Positions 1 through 12,835 of a stretch of DNA of 64,000 nt are shown in pieces. Source of the stretch: Macrostomum lignano (Eukaryota); NCBI GenBank assembly GCA_002269645.1, contig NIVC01003325.1, positions 40,082 to 104,081 on the forward strand, given 5' to 3'. The notes beneath the pieces were generated by a model. The model made no database searches. It had not been told where the DNA came from and was given only the letters and a program-made list of their open reading frames with translations. The position numbers and the translations under genes were made by a program. Every line of letters starts with the position of its first letter. Position 1 is the stretch's first letter.

Positions 1-1479
1 GCCCAACTCATTATCTATTCCAATGCCATTGCCAGCAGCATTTATATTAATTGGTAAATATACTCAAGTACTCTTTACTTAAAGAAAGCTAATTGTAAAG
101 CTGGGCTCTAACTTTTCTCACGGTGGTATTTTCGCTTGACTGCTTTATGAGTATTATAAATTCTATCTTTTAACTTCTGTTCTATATTAGATATACATGG
201 GTACATATACTCATTGATATGATTAAAACAATTAAAATGATATGATCAAAGTTAAGAATATTAACTTCGATAACTTTGAGATATAGATATAGTGATACGA
301 GTATAGTGATTGTAATAAGGCATTAATTTAGCAGGTGAATTTAGATATGCTTTTACACAACTATCAATAATTTTAGCTAGGGGAAGTAATTAGAACAGGG
401 GTAAATTGCTACTTTTGGGAATTCACTACTAGTAAAAAGCAGTTGGGCTCTTGGGAAATCATCCCATTGCATTGCCTCTAACTTCAGTTTTATCAAGGAA
501 ATTCAAGGTAAGTAAAGGGGAAATAAGGAAGTGGGAGTAAGGATTAGTTTGCACAAGAGGAGTTTTGCCTCAACACACTATTGGGAGTCTTGTCTAAAGC
601 ACATAGCGGGGAATAGGAGTTAATGTAAAACCAACCTTTGTATAAGTAACAATTTCTTTTTATTTTTTACTTGTATTAAAACTTATATTAACTAAAATTC
701 ATTGGTGTCCTGACTCTGTTCTTTAAACACTATATACTAGGATTAGAAAAAAGCAGGCACTTAGTGGCATCAAAATCTACCAATATACCCAGAAAATCCA
801 CTAAGTTCTAAAGTAGACAAAACCAGTAAGCTGAGACTGCAAGTACTACGCTTGTCTATGATTCATATATATTAAACTAAAAAAACATTTTTATGTACTA
901 ACCTTTTGTTAAGACTTATTAAATTGTTTATAAAAATACATACAATTTTATATCACTTAATTGTTTAATGTTTATTTATTTATGTTTTCTTTTTATAAAA
1001 TATATGATATATAATATGATTATATTTAAATCATTATATGTGCATTATAAGCTCCTTCTCATTTTTGTTCTATTTTAATATTGTTGCCTTGCTAACCTGA
1101 TACTAAACTAAACTCATTACAGTTTTCAATATTTTATAGTCCACCATTTGTCCTATTTCAATAGGTTCTAGCTCCATTAGTGCTTCTATATATAGTACAA
1201 GCTGTTGAAACCCGCGGAATTTGAACCCGGGGAATTCCAACCTCCGGAACTATTTTTGCATGTATTCTCAAATCTGAGCCCATACTTAAACAAAAACTTT
1301 TTAATAGTTAGGAATTTAGGATAGAGTTAAACATAAAATAGAGTACATTCATATACAATTAGTATTTGAAGCAAACATTAATATTGTTAGTTTGTGGTTG
1401 GGGTGCTGCACAGAATGTCAGGCAAACTCATGGCCTTTGCCTTTCCTTGTGTCCCTTAGAAATTGGATCATTAGAAACT

Positions 1480-1680
1480 TCTATCTCTACCTTCTCTTCT
1501 GTTTTCTCTCTTCTTTCTGGTCTATGGTCTCTTCTCTTTCTCCTCTATCCCCTCTTTTCTCGTCTATTCCCTCTTATTATTTTCTCTCCTCTCTTCTCCT
1601 CTCTCGTCTCTGCTCTCATCTCTCCCTTCTCTCCCTTTCTCCTATTTTATCTCTTCCCATTTCTCTCTGCTCTCTGCTTT
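1480..1680. repeat. TC-rich low-complexity tract
   Basis: Degenerate (CT)/(CTT)/(CCT) run; explains ORFs 1366..1761 and 1392..1721. Confidence 0.7.
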
Positions 1681-2129
1681 TGGGTGTGCGCTGTAGCAGT
1701 TGTAGTTGTAGGGTTGCATAGCCATTCTAGAGTTCTAGTCGATCTAGTTTTAATTCAATAATAGATCTAGTCATTATTTAGAATATATCTTAATTACTTT
1801 GATTATATAGATTGTTCAGATACAAATATATATGAAATAAATTAGGGCGCATTGCACCCACAAGCCAGGAATGCATTCATTCATTCATCTGTCATCAGTG
1901 CCATCATAAAACAAAATCAAAGTGATTGTTTGAATTGTTGAACCATCAAGAAACTTATTTTACAATATTATAATAATGGTGGCTAATACCAAAGTAGATT
2001 GTATTATTGGCCCTAGTACTAGTGCCATGGACACTGGATAACAAAGACTCCTTTTAGTTAATGTAGGCTATGCTGATTAGGAACTAATGAAGCTAAAAAA
2101 TGACTAAAAGGTTAGGTTAGGCCTATAAA

Positions 2130-2531
2130 TAGAGGTTAGATGGGATTGAAATCTTTGGATAAGATTGGGATCAAGAATTATTTTTTTCTTAGGATTGGGA
2201 TTGGGATTCAAGAATTAGGATCAGGTCTTTTAGTGTATTGTAATTTGTAGGTCCATATAAAGTTAAACAAAATTGAGCAAAAATGTCAAGATCAAAAGTA
2301 AAACACAACAAAATTAAAGCAAAATTTTGTAACAAATAAAGTAATAATGTAATGAATACAAGTTAAAAGAAAATACATTTAAATAATCACTAATTCTATA
2401 AACTTTTGATTTTTGATCAAAAGACTTGTTCCTAAATCTTTTGTTTTTTGGGGTTGGGATCCTGGTCTCGCGGAAATACAATTTTTCTTGGGATCCCAGG
2501 GTTTTGGGATCTGGATCCCATCTGACCTCTA
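2130..2531. mobile_element. Non-autonomous hAT-type MITE (402 bp)
   Basis: 17-bp TIRs TAGAGGTTAGATGGGAT (2130-2146) / ATCCCATCTGACCTCTA (2515-2531), 1 mismatch. Flanking 8-mers CCTATAAA / CCTATATA (7/8, hAT-size TSD). Subterminal GGGAT/ATCCC motifs. Confidence 0.8.
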
Positions 2532-5292
2532 CCTATATAAACATAAACACCCTAAATTACAAAATTGCAAAAAATAACTAGGAACCACTTCAAATATGCC
2601 CAAAGTCAGGGGCGTGGCCGCAAGTAATGCTAGTTTGTTTTGCCCAATTATTTTTAAGTTTAAATCATTTTAGCATATGAATTTATTCAAGTGACAACTA
2701 CCCCATACTCTGAAAAATTTAACACATGCCAGAATTTTCTGGTGTGAATTCTAAAATGTCGACATACATGCAAAGCATCGTGCCAATGAAAAAAAAACTT
2801 GCTAGAAATAACTTAAAATTAAAATTTCAGTAATATACGCCTACGCCTATAGGCCCTGAATCTTGTAGCCATGGTGCTTTACTAAATAATGTATATTTAT
2901 AATCAATTAGCCTTAGTCACTTTGGTCAAAGTGATTGTTAATTTGTTACCTAATAGTAGAAAAAATATACTGATCAAATAGATGCGCGCGCAGTTTATTA
3001 GAAACTAGATTGCAGCAAAACCAGTTTAAAATTTAGATCCATCTAGTTTTAACAAAAATAATATAGCATTAAGAGGCAATATTTAGGAGTACAGAAAGTA
3101 AAATAGTACTTATTAATTAAAACTGTTAAAAAAAATTTAGTTGCTATTTTATTACCTTGTTAGGCAATCTTTATCTACATTAGTAAAAAAACATTTGGTC
3201 AACGTTGGATCGAGAAATTTTAATTACTTTTTATTTTTAATCAATTATTTCATTTCATTTGCTGTAAACCAGAAGAATTGTATCTAAACTTAAAAAAAAC
3301 GATAAGTTGACAAGCTAAGAGTCTCTACTAAAACATGATTTTTATTTTTAAAAATTTAAGTAAAACTTTGACAAAACTAAAACTAAAAGTATTTAGGTGG
3401 TTAGGCCTATTACTAGTAGTCTTGGGTGGGCCTACCTGTGCTGTGGGCTGTGCAGCCTGTGCTGTGGTTCCAGCTAGGTCTAGTATTGTTTATGGGGGTA
3501 ATAGCTAGGGCCTAGAGTTCTGGTACTGTAACTCATTTTCTAATGGCTATGGCCATGGGTCTAAGGTCGAGTATGGATCTAGGCTCATCTAGTAGGCCTA
3601 GTCTTCTGCAGGAAGTTATACTACAAATGAAATCTTTGAATAGAAGTAACTTGTTTAAGTTGTTTTAAATCTTATCATTTTGTTTTGATCTTATCTTGAA
3701 CAAAATCTCAATATCAACCACCTATTAAAAAGTAAAATGACTCTTATATAGGTGGCAGGCCCCTAGGCCTAGAGCCTAGGCCTATAATATTACATCTTTT
3801 CCACCCTAAGTGAAAATCCTTATTAGCATTGTTTATCTTGTTAACATTAATAAGTACTAGCAAGTATATATATGCTTAGAGAGACTGAACATTCCACATA
3901 GAATGCAATAACCATGTTAAATCAATATAGTTATATAGGTCTATTTGTGCCTATGATGCCTAATTTGTGGCTATGGGTCTTCAAATACAGTTTTAATACT
4001 ATTAGCTAGCGAGCAAGATAGTGCCATTAGCTACAAGTATTTATATAAAGTATACATAGGTCTGTTGTATTAAGTATATAGGATAAAGCCAAGCAGGCTA
4101 ATTCTTTGATAAACTAGGGGGCCTACTAGGCTAGGCTTTAATGAAAAATATAAACATTATGTTAATGTTCCTCATTTGGGAAGACTTCTTATATTTGTAG
4201 CATAGTAACTGCCAAGCAGCAGGTTCAAAGTCTAGCATTTTATACATTATGGTAGCTTCAATATTATACAATAAAGAGCAATAAATATAGCTACATATTT
4301 TAAACTATGATTATAGCTTGCAACAACTTTAGTGTTCAATATTGAGCCATTTTTGCTAAAATCAATCACATACCTTAGATAGATACTTGTACCTATAGAC
4401 AGACCATTTTTAGTACATGGATTGTTATATATATATTATTGTTATATGCGCATAATTGATTACATGTAAATGTATATTTAGAACTATATATAATTGAACT
4501 ATACATTGCACAACACATCACAATATATTCTGAAGGGTGTTATAAATTTGTGCATAGATTTTTACATATATGCAACTTATATTAAAAAATTATATATATC
4601 AAGGACTTACAAATTAAAGGTTGGGGAGGGGGGAGTTTCAATTCCCAATCACACTGGAATAATTTGTGTTCTTGAGCAACACACTTAACTCTGCATTGCT
4701 TCAGTTCTCTAGTTTTAAAATAGGTGCCAGCATTAGCTAGGGTAATTGAGAGTGTATGGCAACCCCCCCCCCTAGTCCTTGGACTGAACAGCCATACACA
4801 GCCCTCAGATGCACTGGGCGATAGCTGTTGGTTGCAATCAGTTGTAATCAATTATGATTGTTATTGATATTGAAAATCAACAAGTTTGGTGTCATTAGAA
4901 AGTAGAATATATAAGCATTAATGTGTTGAAAAAAGCATTCTTAAAAAAGTTATCCCTTTCTATTTAGTAGACAGTAGATTTTGCTCTTTTCAAGCGTGCG
5001 GTAAAGCAAAAAAAGATGGCAGATGAAATTGCTATACACAATGTAAATTGAGATTGCCCAGTTGTTTAATTTGCTCTTTCTTAAAACTTTATCTGCTGTG
5101 TTATGTATTACTATAAGTAGGGATAGTGGGTGCCAAACTAATTCTACAAATACTGATAATTTAAATACATATATAAATTTAATGGCAGCGCACTTCTGGC
5201 GTAAAAATGCGCAGGATGCCAAAATTGAATTTGATTAACTTCACATCTTGCAGAATGTCAGCCAGCTCCAGCCTGGTCAGTCAAATAAGGTC

Positions 5293-8200
5293 ATGTCAGC
5301 CCATGGAAAATCTTCTGCAGCCCCTCATGTAGCCGCCAATGCAGCTCCTAGCGGTGACAAGGCCGACCCATTTCGCAACCGCAATGAGCTGAAGGCGAGC
5401 AAAAAACCGAAGCGCTCGCACGGCTCGTCGCATTATCGACCGAAAGCCCCAACTGAGCTGAACGCGCTGCCGCCGCTGAAAGATGCAACCAGCGCTGATC
5501 AGATTGAACTGTTCCAGCAGAAGCTGCAGCAGTGCCGAGTTGTGTTCGACTTCAGCGACCCCGTGTCCGATCTGAAATCGAAAGAGGTTAAACGGACCTG
5601 CCTGAATGAACTGGTTTACTTTGTCACTGTCACTAGGGGCGTGCTGCAGGACTCAACTTATCCAGAGATTATACGAATGGTGAGGAAATTTCAGTATTCA
5701 AGCCTGACAAGTGACATTTAAGCATTCCCCTGAGTCTTGGCATCTCAGCATTCCCCCCTGTGTGTCTTGGCATCTCGGCAATCCCCCCTGTGTGTCTTGG
5801 CATCTCAGCGTTCCCCTCTGTGAGTCTTGGCATCTCAGCTATTCCCCCTGTGAGTCTTGGCATCTCAGCTATTCCCCTCTGTGAGTCTTGGCATCTCAGC
5901 TATTCCCCTCTGTGAGTCTTGGCATCTCAGCTATTCCCCCTGTGAGTCTTGGCATCTCAGCTATTCCCCTCTGTGAGTCTTGGCATCTCAGCTATTCCCC
6001 TCTGTGAGTCTTGGCATCTCAGCTATTCCCCTCTGTGAGTCTTGGCATCTCAGCATTCCCTTCCCCCCCCCTGAGTCTTGGCATCTCAACATCCCCCCCC
6101 CCCTGAGTCTTGGCATCTCAGCATCCCCAAATCATGAAACGAGAGATTCAAGTAAATTGGGGCCTTATTGCGCAAGTTGGCTTTTAGTCTAAGAAACTAG
6201 AAATCCCTGGTCTGGATGGAGTGCTCCCAATGGTTGACTTATATTTGACATAATTTTTTCTCTTTATCCCTCCTACGCCTCATCTTTTCTCTCCCTAAAG
6301 TGCCCATTTACAAGTACAAAAATTTTCCTTACCCCCGCCAATGTACAAATGTACAAATGTACACATGCTTGGGTCACAAAGCCACCCACCCCTCCCCAAC
6401 CCCCCGCCAATTTACAAATGTACAAATGTACACATGCTTGGATCATAAAGCCGCCCATCCCCTCCCCCAATCCGCAGATTGCGTGCAACATTTTCCGCAA
6501 TCTGCCTCCGTCCGACAACGCCGAGTTCGATCCAGATGAGGATGATCCAACATTGGAGGCTTCTTGGCCACATCTGCAGGTCTGCTATAGCCTTTATAAA
6601 TCGTTTAATAACAATGCCTTAAAATGAAAGAAGTCTCCGAATGACCTGATTTCATAATATTCTAGTTCATCTACGAATTCTTTCTGCGCGTACTGGAGTC
6701 GCCAGATTTCCAACCTTCCGTGGCTAAAAAGTACATCGACCAGCGGTTCGTACTGCAGGTGTGTTAATAATGAAATGTTAATGTTAAAGTAACAAAATCA
6801 GATATTGATATGTCAACTACTCTACTGTTAGTAGAAATTCAAGTAAATGAATAGCAAAACATAAAACACGATAGCCATTTGCTTGTTCATCTACTGTTAG
6901 TAGAAATGCGAGTAAATAAATAGCAAAACATTAAACACGATAGCCATTTGCTTGTTCATCTACTGTTAGTAGAAATGCGAGTAAATGAATAGCAAAACAT
7001 TAAACACGATAGCCATTTGCTTGTTCATATACTGTTAGTAGCAATGCAAGAAAAATATGGCAAAAACTTTTAACTGTTACTAAGATTTACATTGAACTGA
7101 TCTGACAGTCTGATCACTTATCCCAATTTAATAATCCCTCTTCAAACCTCAGCTCCTCGAACTATTCGACAGCGAAGATCCTCGAGAGCGCGACTTTTTG
7201 AAAACTGTTCTCCACCGAATCTATGGCAAATTTCTCGGCCTGAGAGCTTTCATTAGGAAGCAGATTAATAATATTTTCCTGCGGTTCATCTATCAGACTG
7301 AGAAGTTCAATGGTATTGGCGAGTTGCTTGAGATTCTGGGCAGCATCATCAATGGATTTGCGCTGCCGTTGAAGGCTGAGCACAAGCAGTTCCTCATGAA
7401 GGTGCTGCTGCCGCTGCACAAGGCCAAGTCTCTCGGCATGTTTCACGCCCAGCTGGCCTACTGTGTAGTGCAGTTCCTTGAGAAGGACTCAACCCTCACC
7501 GAGCCGGTGGTGCTGGGGCTGCTCAAGTTCTGGCCCAGGACAGTCAGCTCCAAGGAGGTGATGTACCTCGGCGAGATTGAAGAGATTCTGGACGTGATCG
7601 AGCCGGCCCAGTTTGAGAAGATTATGAGACCGCTGTTTAGACAGGTGGCCCGGTCTGTGGGCAGCTCGCATTTTCAGGTAGGAACTCGTGCTTCTCTTTC
7701 TGTAAGGTATTGCATTACGGTTAGATAAGGCATGTTGTATGAATGCGTTGGCTGCGTTTTGCTGTCTGAGTAGCTTTTAGATACCTAGGATAGTTTTTAA
7801 AAACCTTTGGAAGTAGATAGGGTAGTTGGTAGTCACCTAGGGTAGTTTGTAAGTACTTAGGGTAGTTTATAGACAACTAGGGTAGTTTATAGACACCTAG
7901 GGTAGTTTGTAAGTACTTAGGGTAGTTTGTAAGTACCTAGGCTAGTTTGTAAGTACCTAGGGTAGTTTATAGACACCTAGGGTAGTTTGTAAGTACCTAC
8001 GGTAGTCTGTAGACACCTAGGGTATTTTGTAAGTACCTACGGTAGTTTTTAAGCACCTAGGGTAGAATTTAGTACCCGGGGTAGTTTGTAGATACAAGAC
8101 AATCCGAGTTCTCTAGTATGTATTTATTTTCAAAAGCAAGTTACAAGCTAACTGCACCAATCCGCAGGTGGCCGAGCGAGCGGTGCTCTACTGGAACAAT

Positions 8201-10453
8201 GAGTACATTGCATCACTGGTTGAGGAGCACAATGAAGTCCTCATGCCCATTCTGTTCCCAGCGTTCTACAGGATTTCGCGCGAGCACTGGAACCAAACCA
8301 TTGTGGCCATGGTCTACAATGTGCTCAAGACCTTTATGGAGATGAACACTAAACTCTTTGATGATCTCACCAACGCCTACAAGAATGAGAGGCAAAAGTG
8401 AGTTTGAAAACTTTTCATCTCTACTATGCGTGCCTGAGAATCTGGCCTTATCCGCCCCTTATCCGCTTTTGAGAATCTGCCCTTATCCGCCCCTTATCCG
8501 CTTCTGAGAATCTGCCCTTATCCGCCCCTTATCCGCTTCTGAGAATCTGCCCTTACCCGCCCCTTATCCGCTTCTGAGAATCTGCCCTTACCCGCCCCTT
8601 ATCCGCTTCTGAGAATCTGCCCTTATCCGCCCCTTATCCGCTTCTGAGAATCTGCCCTTACCCGCCCCTTATCCGCTTCTGAGAATCTGCCCTTACCCGC
8701 CCCTTATCCGCTTCTGAGAATCTGCCCTTATCCGCCCCTTATCCGCTTCTGAGAATCTGCCCTTATCCGCCCCTTATCCGCTTCTGAGAATCTGCCCTTA
8801 CCCGCCCCTTATCCGCTTCTGAGAATGTGCCCTTACCCGCCCCTTATCCGCTTCTGAGAATCTGCCCTTATCCGCCCCTTATCCGCTTCTGAGAATCTGC
8901 CCTTATCCTCCCCTGAGAATCTCCCTTTATCCGCCCCTTATCCGCCCCTGAGAATCTCCTTTAATCCGCCCCTGAGAATCTCCCCTTATCTGCCCCTGAG
9001 AATCTTCCTTTATTCTCCTCTGAGAATCTCCCTTTATCCGCCCCTTATCCGCCCCTGAGAATCCCCTTTAATCCGCCCCTGAGAATCTCCCCTTATCCGC
9101 CCCTGAGAACCTCCCTTTATCCGCCCCTGAGAATCTCCCTTATTCGCCCCTGAGAATCTCCCCTTATCCGCCTCTGGGAATCTCCCCTTATCCGCCCTTG
9201 AGAATCTCCCCTTATCCGCCCTTGAGAATCTCCCCTTATCCGCCCTTGAGAATCTTCATTTATTCTCCCCTGAGAACCTCCCCTTATCCGCCCCTGAGAA
9301 TCTCCCTTATTCGCCCCTGAGAATCTCCCCTTATCCGCCTCTGGGAATCTCCCCTTATCCGCCCTTGAGAATCTCCACTTATCCGCCCTTGAGAATCTCC
9401 CCTTATCCGCCCTTGAGAATCTTCATTTATTCTCCCCTGAGAATCTTCATTTATTCTCCCCTGAGAACCTCCCCTTATCCGCCCCTGAGAATCTCCCTTA
9501 TTCGCCCCTGAGAATCTCCCCTTATCCGCCTCTGGGAATCTCCCCTTATCCGCCTCTGGGAATCTCCCCTTATCCGCCTCTGGGAATCTCCCCTTATCCG
9601 CCTCTGGGAATCTCCCCTTATCCGCCCTTGAGAATCTCCCCTTATCCGCCCTTGAGAATCTTCATTTATTCTCCCCTGAGAATCTTCATTTATTCTCCCT
9701 TGAGAATCTTCATTTATTCTCCCCTGAGAATCTCCCCTTATCCGCCTCTGGGAATCTCCCCTTATCCGCCCTTGAGAATCTCCACTTATCCGCCCTTGAG
9801 AATCTCCCCTTATCCGCCCTTGAGAATCTTCATTTATTCTCCCCTGAGAATCTTCATTTATTCTCCCCTGAGAATCTCCACTTATCCGCCCCTGAGAATC
9901 TCCCCTTATCCGCCCCTGAGAATCTCCCCTTATCCGCCTCTGGGAATCTCCCCTTATCCGCCCCTGAGAATCTCCACTTATCCGCCCTTGAGAATTTCCC
10001 CTTATCCGCCCCTGAGAATCTCCACTTATCCGCCCTTGAGAATTTCCCCTTATCCGCCCCTGAGAATCTCCACTTATCCGCCCTTGAGAATTTCCCCTTA
10101 TCCGCCCCTGAGAATCTCCACTTATCCGCCCTTGAGAATTTCCCCTTATCCGCCCCTGAGAATCTCCACTTATCCGCCCTTGAGAATTTCCCCTTATCCG
10201 CCCCTGAGAATCTCCCCTTATCCGCCTCTGGGAATCTCCCCTTATCCGCCCCTGAGAATCTCCACTTATCCGCCCTTGAGAATTTCCCCTTATCCGCCCC
10301 TGAGGATATCCACTTATCCGTCCCAGGAATTTTCCAATCCTCTGGCCAATAAATTTCAACTATTTTGCGGCATCAAATGTCTTCAGAGAGCGAAAGCGGG
10401 AGAAGGACCGGGACGACTTGCTGCGAAAGTTCGACGATATTCGCGTGAAATGA
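5293..10453 (+). CDS. PPP2R5: PP2A B56 (B') regulatory subunit, alpha/beta/epsilon (widerborst)-like; exons 5293-5679, 6478-6579, 6666-6758, 7153-7677, 8168-8397, 10387-10453; 467 aa
   Basis: Hallmark B56 peptides: [100 protein letters not shown]. All introns GT-AG with matching phases; joined length 1404 nt ending in [12 protein letters not shown] resembles the alpha/epsilon N-terminal motif. Confidence 0.96.
5721..6128. repeat. 29-31 nt minisatellite (GTGAGTCTTGGCATCTCAGCTATTCCCCTCT) in PP2A intron 1
   Basis: About 13 tandem copies read directly. Confidence 0.95.
6330..6470. repeat. Two copies of a ~66-nt unit just upstream of the intron 1 acceptor
   Basis: ACCCCC-GCCAATGTACAAATGTACAAATGTACACATGCTTGG occurs twice. 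Confidence 0.8.
6822..7045. repeat. 69-nt tandem repeat (3+ copies) in PP2A intron 3
   Basis: CTACTGTTAG starts at 6822, 6891 and 6960, with a partial copy at ~7030. Confidence 0.93.
7795..8095. repeat. 22-nt minisatellite (ACACCTAGGGTAGTTTGTAAGT) in PP2A intron 4
   Basis: About 13 degenerate copies. Confidence 0.9.
8435..10330. repeat. CTGAGAATCTCCCCTTATCCGCCC-type minisatellite (35-nt, then 23-nt and 46-nt dimer units) in PP2A intron 5
   Basis: Direct reading; explains ORFs 9475..10359 and 9628..10461. Confidence 0.95.
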
Positions 10454-11384
10454 AAATATGAAAATGTTGTCATATTAAAATGTTTACCTCTTTCGTTTAG
10501 AAGAACAAATTTCAATTGAATGGTATGCGTTTGTTTCTAGTGCACAGGAACTTGTACTTTGTCTAATTAAGCAACTCTGAACTCTGGCAGTTCTGATAGA
10601 ATTTGACCTTCAATTTTTCACATGCCACAATTTAATTTTGGTAGCTTAGTACAAAAAATGCTTACAACATTCGCGCAACTCTACTTTGTAGTGTTATAAG
10701 TAGTAGACATGTAAATTTAACAGTAGACATGTAATTCTGGTTGTTTCTGACAATTCAGCTATATATATGTATAGTAGCAGTCTTCAAGTTGTGCCATGCT
10801 TCTCCAATATAGTGGTTTTTCGATACATATCGGCCAGTAGAAATCATATAATTATTTGTTGCTCAACTAAAATTTTTTTTCAAATGCAAATTTTAAATTA
10901 GTTTTTTTCAATTTATAATCGAGTTAATCTACTTTGCTGCCTACTCAATCAGTAGTGTGTTTAGTGCATAGCTGCTATACTTTTAGCGTCCTCTATTGCC
11001 AGTCTGTTTTCTATAAGTGTTTAATATGACCATATATAACTTCCTGCGTATCTGTGTGCTTGTGCGTGTTGTGTTTTGTACACCAAATTTTGTATTGGAC
11101 TCTGAGATAGTGCAGATTGATAATTATTATTGCTTTACAATTATAATGCGTCTTATCTGTTAGCAAAGTTCAACAATTGACCTGTGCTGTCAGTAAGCAA
11201 ATATATTTTTGTGAAGCTGTGCGACTCTGTAGATGGGGAGTTCTTTTCTTAACGCTTTGCACACTAAAGCCACTTGAAAGTGTGTTGCTTCTTACTAGCA
11301 ATTCTGAAGCCGTCTTATCACTTACTCGCTCTTGCTCCTTTTTTAATTCCTGGACACGACTCAGTTTCCTCCTTTGCCTAAATA

Positions 11385-12250
11385 TCCCCTGTCCCTGTCT
11401 CCCCTGTCTCTGTCTCCCCTGTCCCTTCTCCCCTCTCTCTGTCTCCCCTGTCCTTGTCTTCCCTGTCTCCCCTGTCCCTGTCTCCCCTGTCCCTGTCTCC
11501 CCTGTCCCTGTCTCCCTTGTCCCTGTCTCCCCTGTCCCTTCTCCCCTGTCTCTGTCTCCCCTGTCCTTGTCTTCCCTGTCTCCCCTGTCCCTGTCTCCCT
11601 TGTCCCTGTCTCCCCTGTCCCTTCTCCCCTCTCTCTGTCTCCCCTGTCCTTGTCTTCCCTGTCTCCCCTGTCCCTGTCTCCCCTGTCCCTGTCTCCCTTG
11701 TCCCTGTCTCCCCTGTCCCTTCTCCCCTGTCTCTGTCTCCCCTGTCCTTGTCTTCCCTGTCTCCCCTGTCCTTGTCTTCCCTGTCTCCCCTGTCCCTGTC
11801 TCCCTTGTCCCTGTCTCCCCTGTCCCTTCTCCCCTCTCTCTGTCTCCCCTGTCCTTGTCTTCCCTGTCTCCCCTGTCCCTGTCTCCCCTGTCCCTGTCTC
11901 CCCTGTCCCTGTCTCCCTGTCCCTGTCTCCCTTGTCCCTGTCTCCCCTGTCCCTTCTCCCCGTCCCTTCTCCCCTGTCTCTGTCTCCCCTGTCCTTGTCT
12001 TCCCTGTCTCCCCTGTCCCTGTCTCCCTTGTCCCTGTCTCCCCTGTCCCTTCTCCCCTGTCTCTGTCTCTCCTGTCCTTGTCTTCCCTGTCTCCCCTGTC
12101 CCTGTCTCCCTTGTCCCTGTCTCCCCTGTCCCTGTCTTCCCTGTCTCTGTCTCCCCTGTCCTTGTCTTCCCTGTCCCTGTCTCCCCTGTCTCTGTCTCCC
12201 CTGTCCTTGTCTTCCCTGTCTCTGTCTCCCCTGTCCCTGTCTCCTCTGTC
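11385..12250. repeat. Pyrimidine-rich CTGTCTCCCCTGTCC satellite
   Basis: Direct reading; source of five overlapping low-complexity ORFs. Confidence 0.95.
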
Positions 12251-12835
12251 TGTTTTTAGCCCAGCGGTGATGCGCCAGCGGCCCAGGCTCGATTCCAAGT
12301 GCCTTCACATTAATTTGTGCCTAAATTCCTCGGCTTGGCTCTGCTCTTGCAACAAACAGTCTTGAAGGCCAAACCCAGAGGCACAGCGAAGTGTACATGC
12401 CTTACGATTTATAAAGTTAGGGCCGCTTTATACATCTATATAGGGTGCAGTGCCTGCTTAAGACAAGATCCATGTAGATTAATGGATTCGAATCCCGATC
12501 ACAGATTTTTTAATTCTCTAGGCAGACGTTTATCAACTCCCACACACTAAATTTACACTGCCAGAACCTGGTTTGGATTCTCCAGTTGGCATCCGCGCAG
12601 CTTTATCCAAAAATGTAGAGAATTTTGTGCAAACTTCTGTTAGTCATTTGTTTCCTACCTAAACCCAGGTTGAGTTCATTTGAACAAAACTCATCCGGTT
12701 GACATCAACATGTAGCAGCAGCCAATATTGGTGAGAGTTTGCATCCGGCATCGAATTCCTGTTTTCTGACTAAGTCGATGTGTTCATTGGTTACAGAGAT
12801 TCGTTGCTTGAGCAGCGCAGAGACTAAAATTCTGC

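Noticed and set aside
9475-12365. Long ORFs rich in [13 protein letters not shown] or LSPLS
   Set aside because: Translations of intronic or intergenic satellites; open in several frames and on both strands.
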